Shown: positions 9,566 to 19,911, counted from the stretch's first letter. The stretch: 64,000 nucleotides of DNA from Ferruginibacter sp. (GCA_040400515.1 JBBAQB010000001.1:139131-203130), one strand, 5' to 3'. The notes: a model not told the origin generated them from the letters alone. A program made the numbers and translations.

Positions 9566-11065
9566 TTAATTTATTAATTTTTTTACTCTTTTTAAAAGTG
9601 AATACAAAACGGGCTTTACATCAGGCGAAATATTTCTAAAATACACAGCAATTATGAAAAAGCCAGAGAATAACACGGTCCTTGCAATAATACAAACCAA
9701 CCCATTAGCTTTGCTAATTAAAAAGTAACAAAGCATATATCCCAATACAGCTATAACGAATATCTCAACCGTTTTTTTAGAGAATGGCTGCATATTGAAT
9801 TTCTTTAAAAGAAATACATATCTGATACCATTATAAATGGTAAATGATACTAGATTGGCAATTGCCGGACCTATCAGGCCATACTTTACCGTTAAAAAAT
9901 AACTCAGCGGAATAATCATTGCAGTGAGTAAAAAGTTTGTCCACAATTCAAACTTAAAAAAACTGGACGTTCCTATAATTTGCCCATTAACCCCTGTACC
10001 CATTTCAATAATAGTAACCACGCCAAGTAGGATAAATACATTTTTACCATCTAGGTATTCATTATTCAGGTTAAAAAAGCGTATTGCCGCCTCAAAGTTT
10101 AGACCAATTAAACAAAAAATAAACAAAGAAAAAGTTAGCAGGTTAATGGAAGATCTTTTATAAATTCTACTTATTTCTTGTATGTTTTTTTCTTTCCAGT
10201 TGCGAGATAAAATGGGAATCGTGATAGATACTATACTTCGATAGGGCGCTTGCATTAAAATAACAAGATAACTGGCAAAGCCAAATATGGCGACACTTGC
10301 CAAGCTTTGCCTAGCGGCCAGCACGAGGCTATCTATACTTGTACGAAGAATTGTTACCACCAGCACAATAAAAGTGAGTGATAGCATGCTTACAATTTTT
10401 TTACGATATTTTTTGGTGACCTTACTGGTTTTAAAAGTCAACCACAGTTGCCCATCTCTCTTAAGTATATAAACAAAGATTATAACAATCAATGCGAATT
10501 GGCATGCAAAAAGAAGCATGAAAACATGAAAATCAATTATTTCAAAAACTTTTAGCAATACTAGAATAAGTGTATAGGATTTTAAAACAGTTTCTTTTAA
10601 AATATTAGCAGTAACACCCTTTCCAAATCCTAATGAGTAACTTTCTAACAGATTATACAATAAAACAAAAAATGCAAGAGGAATGGTTATATAAAAATAT
10701 TCGATTAGTAATTTAGAATTTGTTCCAAATTTTTTAATGACCAAAGGCTCTGCAATTAGTAATATTAAGATGGTAATTAGAAAACCGATTCCGGAAATTT
10801 TTATTGCCAGTCCCAATAAATCATTGTCTTTTCTTTCTAGATTATCTTCATAATACGGAAAGAATTTATACAGAAAAAAAGTAGTGCCTATTGCAGAAAA
10901 AGAAAACATGAGCATACTTAATTCAAGTACTGTCCTTGTAAGTCCATATTGCTCGGGAGAAAACCATTCTTTGTGCGTGAATATATAAGTATTGATGGCA
11001 CCAATAAAAAAACCTAGGTAAATCCAAATTGACCCCTGAATACTTTTTTTTCTGATTTCAGACAT
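9566..11065 (-). CDS. Polysaccharide flippase, Wzx/MOP superfamily
   Basis: 499-aa polytopic membrane protein with about 12-14 hydrophobic segments, sitting at the edge of a glycan locus. Confidence 0.75.
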   Translation of the reverse strand: MSEIRKKSIQGSIWIYLGFFIGAINTYIFTHKEWFSPEQYGLTRTVLELSMLMFSFSAIGTTFFLYKFFPYYEDNLERKDNDLLGLAIKISGIGFLITILILLIAEPLVIKKFGTNSKLLIEYFYITIPLAFFVLLYNLLESYSLGFGKGVTANILKETVLKSYTLILVLLKVFEIIDFHVFMLLFACQFALIVIIFVYILKRDGQLWLTFKTSKVTKKYRKKIVSMLSLTFIVLVVTILRTSIDSLVLAARQSLASVAIFGFASYLVILMQAPYRSIVSITIPILSRNWKEKNIQEISRIYKRSSINLLTFSLFIFCLIGLNFEAAIRFFNLNNEYLDGKNVFILLGVVTIIEMGTGVNGQIIGTSSFFKFELWTNFLLTAMIIPLSYFLTVKYGLIGPAIANLVSFTIYNGIRYVFLLKKFNMQPFSKKTVEIFVIAVLGYMLCYFLISKANGLVCIIARTVLFSGFFIIAVYFRNISPDVKPVLYSLLKRVKKLIN

Positions 11066-11234
11066 TTACTACCATTTAAACAAAAATCGCCGGTTTTAAA
11101 AAAGGGAAATTACAGCATTATTGTTTCAATGCAATTTTCTTAACTGGCTAATGTCTGTTTAATAAAAATATATATAATGATACATTATAGCTCGCCAAGT
11201 ATTATTTTCGCAATAGTTACAATTAACAAACAAT

Positions 11235-11684
11235 ATGGCAGAAACCCTTGGTATGCTTTGCGATAAGCTTACAATAGCACAATTAAAACAGTTTCATACA
11301 GAAGATGAAATTCGATTAAAAAGCTTAGAAACCCAAATAACTCAACTACAGCAGGAAATAAATGAGTATGTAAGCAATGCTGTACTAGGTAAAATATTAC
11401 CCGAAAGAATGACTTTTGCCGCAAACAAAGTTTTTAAAGCTGAAGGAAATACTGTAGAAGATGTAAATGGTAATTTTGGAGAAGTATTTTATCAGTTGGC
11501 TAATGTAAACTGTAAATTGTGGCATGAGCAAGAAAAAGTATATGAATTTGAAAATGTACCCGTAGATGAAAAAGATTATGTTGTAAAGCAATTGGCTTTG
11601 CTAAACCTTGAACGAAATAAATGCATAGATTCTATAAATGAGCAGTTTATGCAATTAATAAAATCTAAAAATAACCAACACTAA
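11235..11684 (+). CDS. Hypothetical coiled-coil protein (DUF4254-like by recollection)
   Basis: 149-aa ORF whose stop overlaps the next ATG (TAATG at 11682-11686). The motifs KLWHEQEK and LNLERNKCIDSINE resemble the LWH / N..RN..I pattern I associate with DUF4254. This is unverified. Confidence 0.55.
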   Translation: MAETLGMLCDKLTIAQLKQFHTEDEIRLKSLETQITQLQQEINEYVSNAVLGKILPERMTFAANKVFKAEGNTVEDVNGNFGEVFYQLANVNCKLWHEQEKVYEFENVPVDEKDYVVKQLALLNLERNKCIDSINEQFMQLIKSKNNQH

Positions 11685-12943
11685 TGCATATTCGCAAAAG
11701 AAATACCTGTCGTGTTTGCGGCTCTTCTTCTTTAAAAAAAGTAATTGATTTAGGCCCACAATATTTACAGGGAAGTTTTATTAAACCGGGCAAAGAAATG
11801 CCAAGCCATCGCAAAATTGATTGCACCCTTGTACGTTGCAATCCCCAAGAAGATGAAAACGCTTGTGGACTTTTGCAAATGGAACACTCAGTACCATCTG
11901 AGATTTTATATGCAGCATATTGGTATAGAAGCGGTACCAATAATACGATGCGCAATCATTTAAAAGACATTGTAGATAATGTAGTAAATACCGTGAGCGA
12001 TGCTAAGCATCCACTTGTGATGGACATAGGCTGCAACGACGGCACTCTTTTAAGCTATTACCCACCTCATTTTATAAAATATGGTTGCGACCCGAGTGAT
12101 GTAGCGCAAGAAGTAAAAGAAGCAACCGTAGTACAGGATATTTTTCCATCGGAGGAATTGTTTGAAATATTAGAAGGGAAAAAGCTGGATGTGATTACTT
12201 CAATCGCTATGTTTTATGATTTGGAAAGTCCTGTAGAATTTGTAAATGGTATTAAAAGATTTTTATCATCTACCGGTGTGTGGGTGTTTGAAATGAGCTA
12301 TATGCCCCGTATGTTGGAGCTTGATAGTTACGATACCATCTGCCACGAGCATTTAGAGTTTTACAGCCTTGCCGTACTCGAAAAAATATTGGCACTTGGA
12401 GGAATGAAAATTTTTAAGATTTCATTTAATGATATTAATGGTGGTAGTATAAGATGTTATGCTACACATAAAGAAAACAGCAAGCATGACAATCACGAAA
12501 ATTATTTACTCATAAATGAAACACGCCATAAAGAATTTGATTTGGAACTGGATACTGATAAACCGTACACCGCTTTTCAACAAAGAATTGAAGTGTTGAA
12601 GGATGAGTTGCATGCATTGTTGGTAAAATTAAAAGGAGAAGGTAAAAAAGTTCATATTTACGGAGCATCTACAAAAGGGAACACTATACTGCAATGGTGC
12701 AATATTAACTATACGTTGGTAGATTGTGCAGCAGAACGAAACGAAGACAAATACGGAGCATTTACACTAGGTACAAATATTCCCATCATTAGCGAAGCAG
12801 AAAGCCGAGCAATGAACCCAGATTATTACCTTGTTTTACCATGGCATTTTAAAGAAGAATTTGTAGTGAGAGAGAAAGAAGCGTTGGATAAAGGAACGGC
12901 TTTTATTTTCCCTGTGCCTAAGATTGAAATTTTAAAAAAATAA
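11684..12943 (+). CDS. NDP-hexose C-methyltransferase-type SAM enzyme (TylCIII/Methyltransf_13-14 architecture)
   Basis: 419-aa ORF with an N-terminal Zn-ribbon (CRVCGSSSL ... CNPQ..ENACGLLQ), a SAM motif (VMDIGCNDGTLL) and a C-terminal C-methyltransferase-like domain (HIYGASTKGNT). Confidence 0.7.
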   Translation: MHIRKRNTCRVCGSSSLKKVIDLGPQYLQGSFIKPGKEMPSHRKIDCTLVRCNPQEDENACGLLQMEHSVPSEILYAAYWYRSGTNNTMRNHLKDIVDNVVNTVSDAKHPLVMDIGCNDGTLLSYYPPHFIKYGCDPSDVAQEVKEATVVQDIFPSEELFEILEGKKLDVITSIAMFYDLESPVEFVNGIKRFLSSTGVWVFEMSYMPRMLELDSYDTICHEHLEFYSLAVLEKILALGGMKIFKISFNDINGGSIRCYATHKENSKHDNHENYLLINETRHKEFDLELDTDKPYTAFQQRIEVLKDELHALLVKLKGEGKKVHIYGASTKGNTILQWCNINYTLVDCAAERNEDKYGAFTLGTNIPIISEAESRAMNPDYYLVLPWHFKEEFVVREKEALDKGTAFIFPVPKIEILKK

Positions 12944-12951
12944 CGCTCATA

Positions 12952-13683
12952 ATGGGAAAAATACAAAAACTTACCCAATTTTTAAAAGCGTTGGCGTTTA
13001 TTGGTACCGCTAAAAATTACAAAGAGTATTTAAGTTATGCTCAAGCGGGAGAGGATAGGGTTTTAAAATTTTTATTTTCAGCCATGGGTTTAAATAAGAT
13101 TTCTTATTTGGAAATTGGTACAAATAACCCAATAGACATAAACAATACTTATCTGTTTTATTTGGGAGGAAGCAGAGGTGTGTGTATTGAGCCAAACCCA
13201 ACATTAATACCCAAAATAAAGAAATGCCGACCTGATGATGTATGTCTAAACGTGGGTATTTCTCCAAATGGTGTAGAGGGCGAAATGGATTTTTATATTT
13301 TTGATGATGCTGATGTTGAAAAGGGATTAAGTACATTTTCAAAACAAGAAGCAGAAAATGTACAAAATACAACACATATAAAAATTGCTGAGGTAAAAAA
13401 AATACCGGTAACTCCTTTGAACTCAGTGCTGGTAAAATATTTTTCAGATAAAGCACCAGATTTAATTTCTATTGATGTAGAAGGGTTAGATCTTGAAATT
13501 TTACAAACTATTGATTTTGCAAAATATAGACCTGTAGCTATTTGCGTAGAAACGGTAAACTTCACAATAAACCATAAAAAAATAAAAAATACAGCTATTA
13601 TTAATTTTATGGCGAGCCAGGGTTATTTTGTTTATGCAGATACGGGCATCAATTCGATTTTTGCAGACAAATCACTTTTCTAA
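12952..13683 (+). CDS. FkbM-family methyltransferase
   Basis: 243-aa ORF with YAQAGEDRVL, YLEIGTNNP, GVCIEPNP and ISIDVEGLDLEIL, which are typical FkbM blocks. Confidence 0.75.
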   Translation: MGKIQKLTQFLKALAFIGTAKNYKEYLSYAQAGEDRVLKFLFSAMGLNKISYLEIGTNNPIDINNTYLFYLGGSRGVCIEPNPTLIPKIKKCRPDDVCLNVGISPNGVEGEMDFYIFDDADVEKGLSTFSKQEAENVQNTTHIKIAEVKKIPVTPLNSVLVKYFSDKAPDLISIDVEGLDLEILQTIDFAKYRPVAICVETVNFTINHKKIKNTAIINFMASQGYFVYADTGINSIFADKSLF

Positions 13684-13697
13684 TACTGATTTTTACG

Positions 13698-14513
13698 ATG
13701 AAAAAGTTACTTATCAGCCTGTTAAAAAAAGCGGGATATATTGTGTACAGTACCAAAGCAATAAAAAATCAACAGGTAGAAGTTATCAATAAAGGGAAGG
13801 CTATCATTCAAAAAATTTCTCCCGATTTTAGTATTCTCAATGGTCCTTTTAAAGGAATGAAATACCCTTCTATTGATATTACAGAACTTACACTTGCACC
13901 AAAAATAACTGGAAGTTATGAAGGACATCTAACACCACTTATTTACAAAATTATAGATTCTCCTTACGACAATATTATTGATGTTGGTTGTGCGGAAGGT
14001 TATTATGCGGTCGGTCTTGCTAAGAAAATTCCACAAAGTGTCGTTCATTGCTTCGACATAAATGAGTTTGATTTAAATTTTTGTAAACAAATGGCGCACG
14101 TGAATAATGCGTCAAACTTAACTTTCAATAAATTTTGTTATCCTGAAACCTTGATCAATTTTAAGTACGGAAAAAGGACTTTAATTTTTTGTGATTGTGA
14201 AGGATATGAAATAGAATTATTTACTGGTGAAGTTATTGCGGCCTTAAAAAATACAGATGTATTGATAGAACTACACGATGTATTCAATCCAATGATATCT
14301 TCTACTTTGATAAAAAGATTTGAGAAAACACACCATATAGAAGTGCTAAATAATAGTGATGTGGAATATGCAAGTTTAAAAGGATTAGAGCATATTACTG
14401 CGGCAGAAAAGGCGTTTGCTGTATATGAACACAGGGGAGGGCTTTACCAGAATATTTTTATGGAGTGGGCATTTTTTACACCAAAAAAATATGCTGATGA
14501 TGCAACAAACTAA
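13698..14513 (+). CDS. SAM-dependent methyltransferase (FkbM-like/class I)
   Basis: 271-aa ORF with GSYEGHL followed by motif I (IIDVGCAEGYYAVGLAKK) and then CFDIN. Confidence 0.55.
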   Translation: MKKLLISLLKKAGYIVYSTKAIKNQQVEVINKGKAIIQKISPDFSILNGPFKGMKYPSIDITELTLAPKITGSYEGHLTPLIYKIIDSPYDNIIDVGCAEGYYAVGLAKKIPQSVVHCFDINEFDLNFCKQMAHVNNASNLTFNKFCYPETLINFKYGKRTLIFCDCEGYEIELFTGEVIAALKNTDVLIELHDVFNPMISSTLIKRFEKTHHIEVLNNSDVEYASLKGLEHITAAEKAFAVYEHRGGLYQNIFMEWAFFTPKKYADDATN

Positions 14514-15714
14514 GGTTGTATTGGACGGAACAATTTTTTCAGAATGTGAAATGAGAGGCGCCAACAGAGATGGAATGATGCGACTAACTGAAGATATTAC
14601 GAAAGAACTGGTTTTAAAAAAAGATGTTGATATTTCTTTTGCTAACACTGTTTACATAAAAAAGTACCAAGATAAACTAAAGCGTTTTGTACAAAATAAT
14701 TATCCGGATTATACCAATAAAATATTTTTAAAGAAGATACCTTCTGTTACCAATATTTTAAAATGGAAAGACATATTTCGGACACAGCTTTCCGGCATTA
14801 TGCCCATTTCCATGTACAAGGAGTTAAATGAATATGATATTTTTCATTCCTTTTATTATCCTTTTTCTTCTTCCATGCAAAAGAGTAAAATAAAAAAATC
14901 AATTACTTTTTTAGATATCATTCCTCTCTTATTAAATGGGTACCCGCAACCACTCATTAATAGAACTAAAAAAATAGTGGATAGTACTAGAGATAATTAT
15001 ACTATATCAATATCAGAATTTTCTAAACAGGATCTCCTCAATTACGATAAAAGAATTGATGAGCAAAAAGTATTTGTTGTGCCATTAGCGGCTTCAAAAG
15101 AATTGTTTTACCAAAATAGAAACAAAGACGATTGGTACATTGTAAAGCAAAAATATAACCTGCCTGATAATTATTTTTTGTCAGTAGCAGGGAACGATTC
15201 TCGAAAAAATATTAGAACGGTCATTAAAAGTTTTGCAAAGTTATTATTGCAGGAAAAAATGCAAGATTTACACCTTGTTTTAACCGGTAATGGTTCACAC
15301 AACTATCAAATGCTGGAGGAATTAAATATACCAAAAGAAGTAAGAGCCAAGATATTTATACCTCTTACATTTATAGATTCGCAAGATTTGGCTGTGTTGT
15401 ATTCAAATGCGGTTTGCTTTTTCTTTATGTCGTTGTACGAAGGCTTTGGTTTGCCGGCTTTAGAAGCAATGCAGTGTGGAACGCCTGTAGTCGTTTCAAA
15501 CACAACGTCGTTGCCGGAAGTTGTGGGTGATGCTGCTCTAACCATAGATCCTACAGACGTAGATGCACTTTGTAGTGCGATGCTATTAATACATAACAGT
15601 AGAGATTTAAGGAATCATTATGCTACAGCAAGCTTACAACGAGCGGAACAATTTTCCTGGAGTAGATGTGCAGATGAATATGGAGCTATTTTTAAAGAAA
15701 TAGCGTTGAGATAA
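14491..15714 (+). CDS. Glycosyltransferase family 4 (GT-B)
   Basis: Carries the EX7E block SLYEGFGLPALEAMQCGTPVVVSNTTSLPEV. The start is moved to ATG 14491 (MLMMQQTKVVLDG), which gives a 23-nt overlap with the upstream gene. The track's 14416 start would lie deep inside that gene. Confidence 0.85.
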   Translation: MLMMQQTKVVLDGTIFSECEMRGANRDGMMRLTEDITKELVLKKDVDISFANTVYIKKYQDKLKRFVQNNYPDYTNKIFLKKIPSVTNILKWKDIFRTQLSGIMPISMYKELNEYDIFHSFYYPFSSSMQKSKIKKSITFLDIIPLLLNGYPQPLINRTKKIVDSTRDNYTISISEFSKQDLLNYDKRIDEQKVFVVPLAASKELFYQNRNKDDWYIVKQKYNLPDNYFLSVAGNDSRKNIRTVIKSFAKLLLQEKMQDLHLVLTGNGSHNYQMLEELNIPKEVRAKIFIPLTFIDSQDLAVLYSNAVCFFFMSLYEGFGLPALEAMQCGTPVVVSNTTSLPEVVGDAALTIDPTDVDALCSAMLLIHNSRDLRNHYATASLQRAEQFSWSRCADEYGAIFKEIALR

Positions 15715-15752
15715 TTTTTTGTGTAATTTAAATTTTAGTTCAAACTATAATT

Positions 15753-16625
15753 ATGAAGGCTGTTATATTTGGTGCAAATGGCCAAGATGGGTACTATCTT
15801 ATTAAACTACTTACGTCACTAAACGTGGAGGTTATAGGCGTGAGTAGAAGTGGTGATTTTTTGCGTACTCAGATTCTTTCATCTGACGAAATTTCGCAAT
15901 TAATAAAGTTGCATAAGCCGGATTTTGTTTTTCATCTTGCGGCTAATTCAACCACAAACCACCGGGCACTTTTCGAAAACCATGGTGCCATTGCGACGGG
16001 CACACTTAATATTTTAGAAGCGGTAAAAGAATTTTCACCTCAAACAAAAGTTTTTATATCTGGCAGCGGTTTACAATTTGTAAACAACGGTAATCCAATA
16101 AAAGAAACAGATCCCTTTGCAGCCAACGATGCTTATTCGGTTAGCAGAATACAGAGTGTTTATGCGGCCCGTTATTTTAGGAGTTTGGGTCTAAAGGTTT
16201 ATGTAGGTTATTTCTTTAACCATGATAGCCCTTTAAGAACCGAGAGGCATGTTACAAAAATGATAAGCGAAACCGTAAAAAGGATAGCTGCAGGAAGCAA
16301 TGAAAAATTAGAAATAGGTGATATGTCTGTTATTAAGGAATGGTCCTATGCCGGCGATATAGTAAAAGGAATTTGGTTATTGGTAAACCAAGAGCTGGTG
16401 TTTGAAGCGAATATTAGTAGTGGCGAAGGGTATTCCATAAAAGAATGGATAGAAGAATGTTTTAAACTTGTTGATTTAAATTTGAGAGATAATATTATAG
16501 AAAGAAATGATTTTATTTCAAGCTATAAAAAATTAATTTCCGATAATTCTCTTATAAAAACTTTAGGTTACAAGCCCGAGGTATCATTTCATGATCTCGC
16601 AAAAATGATGATGAGTAATGGCTAA
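15753..16625 (+). CDS. Short Gmd-like extended SDR (GDP-4-keto-6-deoxyhexose reductase/epimerase candidate)
   Basis: 290-aa ORF. FGANGQDGYYLIKLL and FFNHDSPLRTERHVTKMI parallel the GITGQDG and [16 protein letters not shown] blocks of Gmd. The Gmd STSE block is replaced by SGSG, and the catalytic motif reads YSVSR. Confidence 0.7.
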   Translation: MKAVIFGANGQDGYYLIKLLTSLNVEVIGVSRSGDFLRTQILSSDEISQLIKLHKPDFVFHLAANSTTNHRALFENHGAIATGTLNILEAVKEFSPQTKVFISGSGLQFVNNGNPIKETDPFAANDAYSVSRIQSVYAARYFRSLGLKVYVGYFFNHDSPLRTERHVTKMISETVKRIAAGSNEKLEIGDMSVIKEWSYAGDIVKGIWLLVNQELVFEANISSGEGYSIKEWIEECFKLVDLNLRDNIIERNDFISSYKKLISDNSLIKTLGYKPEVSFHDLAKMMMSNG

Positions 16626-17742
16626 TACTTCTACAATTAATATTCTGCTTGTACAACTTTTCTCCAATGGGGATTGTCTTTATGCGACTGCAATAGCAAG
16701 GCAGATAAAAGAAGATCATCCTAACTGTAAACTCACTTGGGCTATTGCAGATTTTTGTAAAAATATACTTACCAATAATCCTTATGTAGATGAAATATTG
16801 GTAACAAATGAAGTGGCTAAAAATGATGTTGTTGCTTTTAGAAAATATAAGAAGAAAGTTTTTGCAGAGAAAGCTTTGGGTAAATGGGATGAAGTTTTTG
16901 TCACTACCAATATGGATACCAATCTTGCTTTGTATGATGGAACAATAAGGGGTATGATTTTAAGATCTTATCCCAATCCTATTACTGTTCCATTGCAGCC
17001 TGTGCTGGCACTTACTGATGCAGAGAAAAACAATGTTGCTGTGTTTGCAAAAGCACATTCAATTACTAATTTTAAGAATGTTATTCTATGGGAATATGCT
17101 CCACAAAGTGGTCAGACCGAACTTAATTTTGAAATGGTGATGTCTGTTGCAAAGAAAATAACATCCAATTTATCTACCTGCGTAATACTTTCATCAGCAA
17201 ATAAATTTCAGGGGACTGATAATATTATTGATGCTAGTATATTATCTGTGAGGGAAAATGCGGCACTTACACATTATTGCACTTTACTTATTGGTTGCAG
17301 CAGTGGTATTACCTGGCTTACAACCAGCAGCGCAGCCAAATTTTTACCTATGCTGCAATTACTAAATGCTAATACTATTTTTATAAATACGCCTTCAGTA
17401 GATTTTAACAGGTATGGTATCAAACACAATGGCCTTATAGAAATGTGTGATTTTTCAGAAAGCAATATTTGTGAATGTCTTCATCAAATATTAATGAATG
17501 GTTTTAATTCCGCAGAAAAATACAACCAATCTTTACCATTACAATTTAAAACTACCACTACTATTGTTTATAATTTACTTGTTTATAGAGAATTTAGTGC
17601 TATTGAAAAGCACTACAATATTATGAAGGCGGCGTATGGGTTGAATCTAATTTTTCTAAAAGCTTTCTTTGCAGGGTTCGCATTATTTCCCTTTAAACTT
17701 TTAAATAATTTTTTTAAGAAGAAAGTTTTAAAAAGATCTTAA
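16618..17742 (+). CDS. GT9-like (heptosyltransferase-fold) glycosyltransferase with hydrophobic C-terminus
   Basis: 8-nt overlap with the upstream gene. The N-terminus ILLVQLFSNGDCLYATAIARQIKEDHPNCKLTWAI and the later ENAALTHYCTLLIGCSSGITWL fit GT9 motifs. Confidence 0.5.
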   Translation: MANTSTINILLVQLFSNGDCLYATAIARQIKEDHPNCKLTWAIADFCKNILTNNPYVDEILVTNEVAKNDVVAFRKYKKKVFAEKALGKWDEVFVTTNMDTNLALYDGTIRGMILRSYPNPITVPLQPVLALTDAEKNNVAVFAKAHSITNFKNVILWEYAPQSGQTELNFEMVMSVAKKITSNLSTCVILSSANKFQGTDNIIDASILSVRENAALTHYCTLLIGCSSGITWLTTSSAAKFLPMLQLLNANTIFINTPSVDFNRYGIKHNGLIEMCDFSESNICECLHQILMNGFNSAEKYNQSLPLQFKTTTTIVYNLLVYREFSAIEKHYNIMKAAYGLNLIFLKAFFAGFALFPFKLLNNFFKKKVLKRS

Positions 17743-17779
17743 AAAAAATGGTTGCCTTTTAAAGCAACCATTTTTTTTA
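17743..17779. terminator. Bidirectional intrinsic terminator between convergent genes
   Basis: The sequence is AAAAAATGGTTGC-cttttaaa-GCAACCATTTTTTTT. It is a perfect stem flanked by an A-run and a T-run, filling the gap between the stops at 17742 (+) and 17777 (-). Confidence 0.8.
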
Positions 17780-18850
17780 TCCTTTTTTAGTTTGGTATTT
17801 AATTTCTTCTTCCATCATTTCTTTTACGAGCATGGGTAAATCATATTTTGGTATCCAACCAAGTTTTGTATTTGCTTTGGTTGCATCGCCGATAAGTAAC
17901 TCTACTTCGGCAGGTCTAAAATAGCGTGGGTGTATTCCGATTACCTGCTTACCTACCGGCAAATTATATAAAGGATTACTGCAGGCTTTTACATAGACTT
18001 TTTCATCAACACCTTCTCCTTTAAAATCAAGGTCAACTCCAATATTATCAAATGCCATTATGATAAAATCTCTAATGGTGGTAGTTATACCTGTTGCTAA
18101 AACAAAATCTTCCGGCGTTTCTTGCTGCAACATCCTCCACATTCCTTCCACATAATCTTTTGCATGTCCCCAATCTCTTTTTGCATCTAAATTACCAAGC
18201 ATTAGAGGGGCATCATCTAAACCTAAAGCTATACGTGCAACACCGATGGTGATTTTTCTTGTAACAAAACTTTCGCCCCTAAGCGGACTTTCATGGTTAA
18301 ATAAAATTCCGTTTACTGCAAACATATTGTATGCTTCCCTGTAGTTTACAGTGATCCAATAACCATATAATTTAGCCACACCATAAGGCGAACGTGGGTA
18401 AAACGGCGTACTTTCTTTTTGAGGAATTTCCTGCACCAAACCATACAACTCTGAAGTGGATGCCTGGTAAAATTTTGTCTTCTCTGTTAGGCCTAAAATT
18501 CTAATAGCTTCTAAAAGACGCAATACGCCAATTCCGTCAGAGTTAGCGGTATATTCTGGCGTTTCAAAACTTACCTGTACATGGCTTTGTGCACCAAGGT
18601 TGTAAATTTCATTTGGCTGTGTCTGTTGAATGATACGAACCAAGCTACTACTGTCAGTGAGATCTCCGTAATGTAAATGAAACCTGTCTGCAATGGTTTT
18701 ATCAAAAATAAGGTTGTCAATTCTGTCTGTATTCATTAAAGAACTGCGGCGTTTTATGCCGTGCACCGTGTATCCTTTTTCAAGTAATAATTCCGCAAGG
18801 TATGCACCATCTTGCCCCGTAATACCGGTTATTAAAGCTGTTTTCATCAT
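17777..18850 (-). CDS. gmd: GDP-mannose 4,6-dehydratase
   Basis: 357-aa ORF with [35 protein letters not shown] and [16 protein letters not shown]. Confidence 0.95.
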   Translation of the reverse strand: MMKTALITGITGQDGAYLAELLLEKGYTVHGIKRRSSLMNTDRIDNLIFDKTIADRFHLHYGDLTDSSSLVRIIQQTQPNEIYNLGAQSHVQVSFETPEYTANSDGIGVLRLLEAIRILGLTEKTKFYQASTSELYGLVQEIPQKESTPFYPRSPYGVAKLYGYWITVNYREAYNMFAVNGILFNHESPLRGESFVTRKITIGVARIALGLDDAPLMLGNLDAKRDWGHAKDYVEGMWRMLQQETPEDFVLATGITTTIRDFIIMAFDNIGVDLDFKGEGVDEKVYVKACSNPLYNLPVGKQVIGIHPRYFRPAEVELLIGDATKANTKLGWIPKYDLPMLVKEMMEEEIKYQTKKG

Positions 18851-18888
18851 ATTTTTTTAAAATCGAATCAAAAATAAGATTAAAACTT

Positions 18889-18896
18889 TAAGTTTG
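18889..18896 (+). promoter_or_regulatory. -7 box (TAnnTTTG) for the GT2 gene
   Basis: TAAGTTTG lies 20 nt upstream of ATG 18916, in the 65-nt divergent gap with gmd. Confidence 0.45.
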
Positions 18897-18915
18897 AAAG
18901 TCTTTAGAAAATAAT

Positions 18916-19911
18916 ATGAGATTAAGCATCATAATTGTAAATTATAAAACAGCACAATTAGTTATAAATTGTCTTGCATCGGTTTATAAATACAACACTA
19001 ATAAGGTAGAAATTTTTGTGGTAGATAACTTTTCTAACGATGGATTGGAGTTGCTTTTACAAAATAAATATCCGGATGTTTGTTTTATTCAAATGGGTTA
19101 TAATGCAGGATTTGCAAGAGCAAATAATGCTGCTTTAAAAATAGCAAAAGGCGAAAATCTACTGTTGCTAAACTCAGATACGATCAATGTAGAAGATGCT
19201 GTAAACAAGTGTGATGAACTTCTCAGAAAATCATCATTTTCAGCAGCCGGTGTGCAGCTTTTAAATGACGACAGTACCCCTCAAATTTCGGGTAATTACG
19301 CAATGAAGGGTGGGCTAAATTATCTTTTACCATTACCCTTTACAGGAGCATTTCTAAAAGCAATTGCCAACCTTTTTAAAGTAAAAAAGCCAAGTGTAGA
19401 AAAAGCAGAAAATACCATTGAAGTTGATTGGATCAATGGTGCATTTTTAATGGTGAAAAAATCAATTATTGAGAAGGTAGGTTTGCTCGACGAAGATTTT
19501 TTTCTCTACGCAGAAGAAGCAGAATGGTGCAGCAGAATTAAAAAAAAGGGTAGGCTTTGTATATTCGGCGAACTTAATATTTTTCATTTGCAGGGAGAAA
19601 GCTCGAATTCTGCATTTGGTTCAGAAGGTAAAGGGTACTTTAATTTATTTGATAAGAAAGGACTGCAGATTATTTTGAGCAATTTTGTTCGAATAAGAAA
19701 ACAGTTTGGATTATTTTGGTTTGGATTTGATTTGGTATTTTATTTTCTTACCATCCCGGTTTTTTTTATGGGGACATTGTTTTCCAAATTAGGAGCTTCT
19801 AAAAAATACAACTTACACCAAGTAAAAGGCTTTACTAAAAATATGTTTTCATTGATAAAGTATCTCCCAGTTATAATAAAAAACAAACCTTTTTTTTATA
19901 AAGTGTTATAA
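18916..19911 (+). CDS. Glycosyltransferase family 2 (WbbL/rhamnosyltransferase-like) with C-terminal TM segment
   Basis: 331-aa ORF with SIIIVNYK, VDNFSNDG, NAGFARANN, LLLNSDT and DEDFFLYAEEAEWC. It has a hydrophobic tail (LFWFGFDLVFYFLTIPVFFMGTLF). Confidence 0.85.
   Translation: MRLSIIIVNYKTAQLVINCLASVYKYNTNKVEIFVVDNFSNDGLELLLQNKYPDVCFIQMGYNAGFARANNAALKIAKGENLLLLNSDTINVEDAVNKCDELLRKSSFSAAGVQLLNDDSTPQISGNYAMKGGLNYLLPLPFTGAFLKAIANLFKVKKPSVEKAENTIEVDWINGAFLMVKKSIIEKVGLLDEDFFLYAEEAEWCSRIKKKGRLCIFGELNIFHLQGESSNSAFGSEGKGYFNLFDKKGLQIILSNFVRIRKQFGLFWFGFDLVFYFLTIPVFFMGTLFSKLGASKKYNLHQVKGFTKNMFSLIKYLPVIIKNKPFFYKVL

Noticed and set aside
14416-14490. Over-extended 5' ends in the ORF track: GT4 at 14416, PNP at 27250, PL17 at 52029, purB at 8651, Fe-S protein at 40987
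   Set aside because: The extra residues overlap neighbouring genes or precede the conserved N-terminus or signal peptide of the family. Internal Met codons (14491, 27334, 52071, 8621, 40915) give canonical protein starts.
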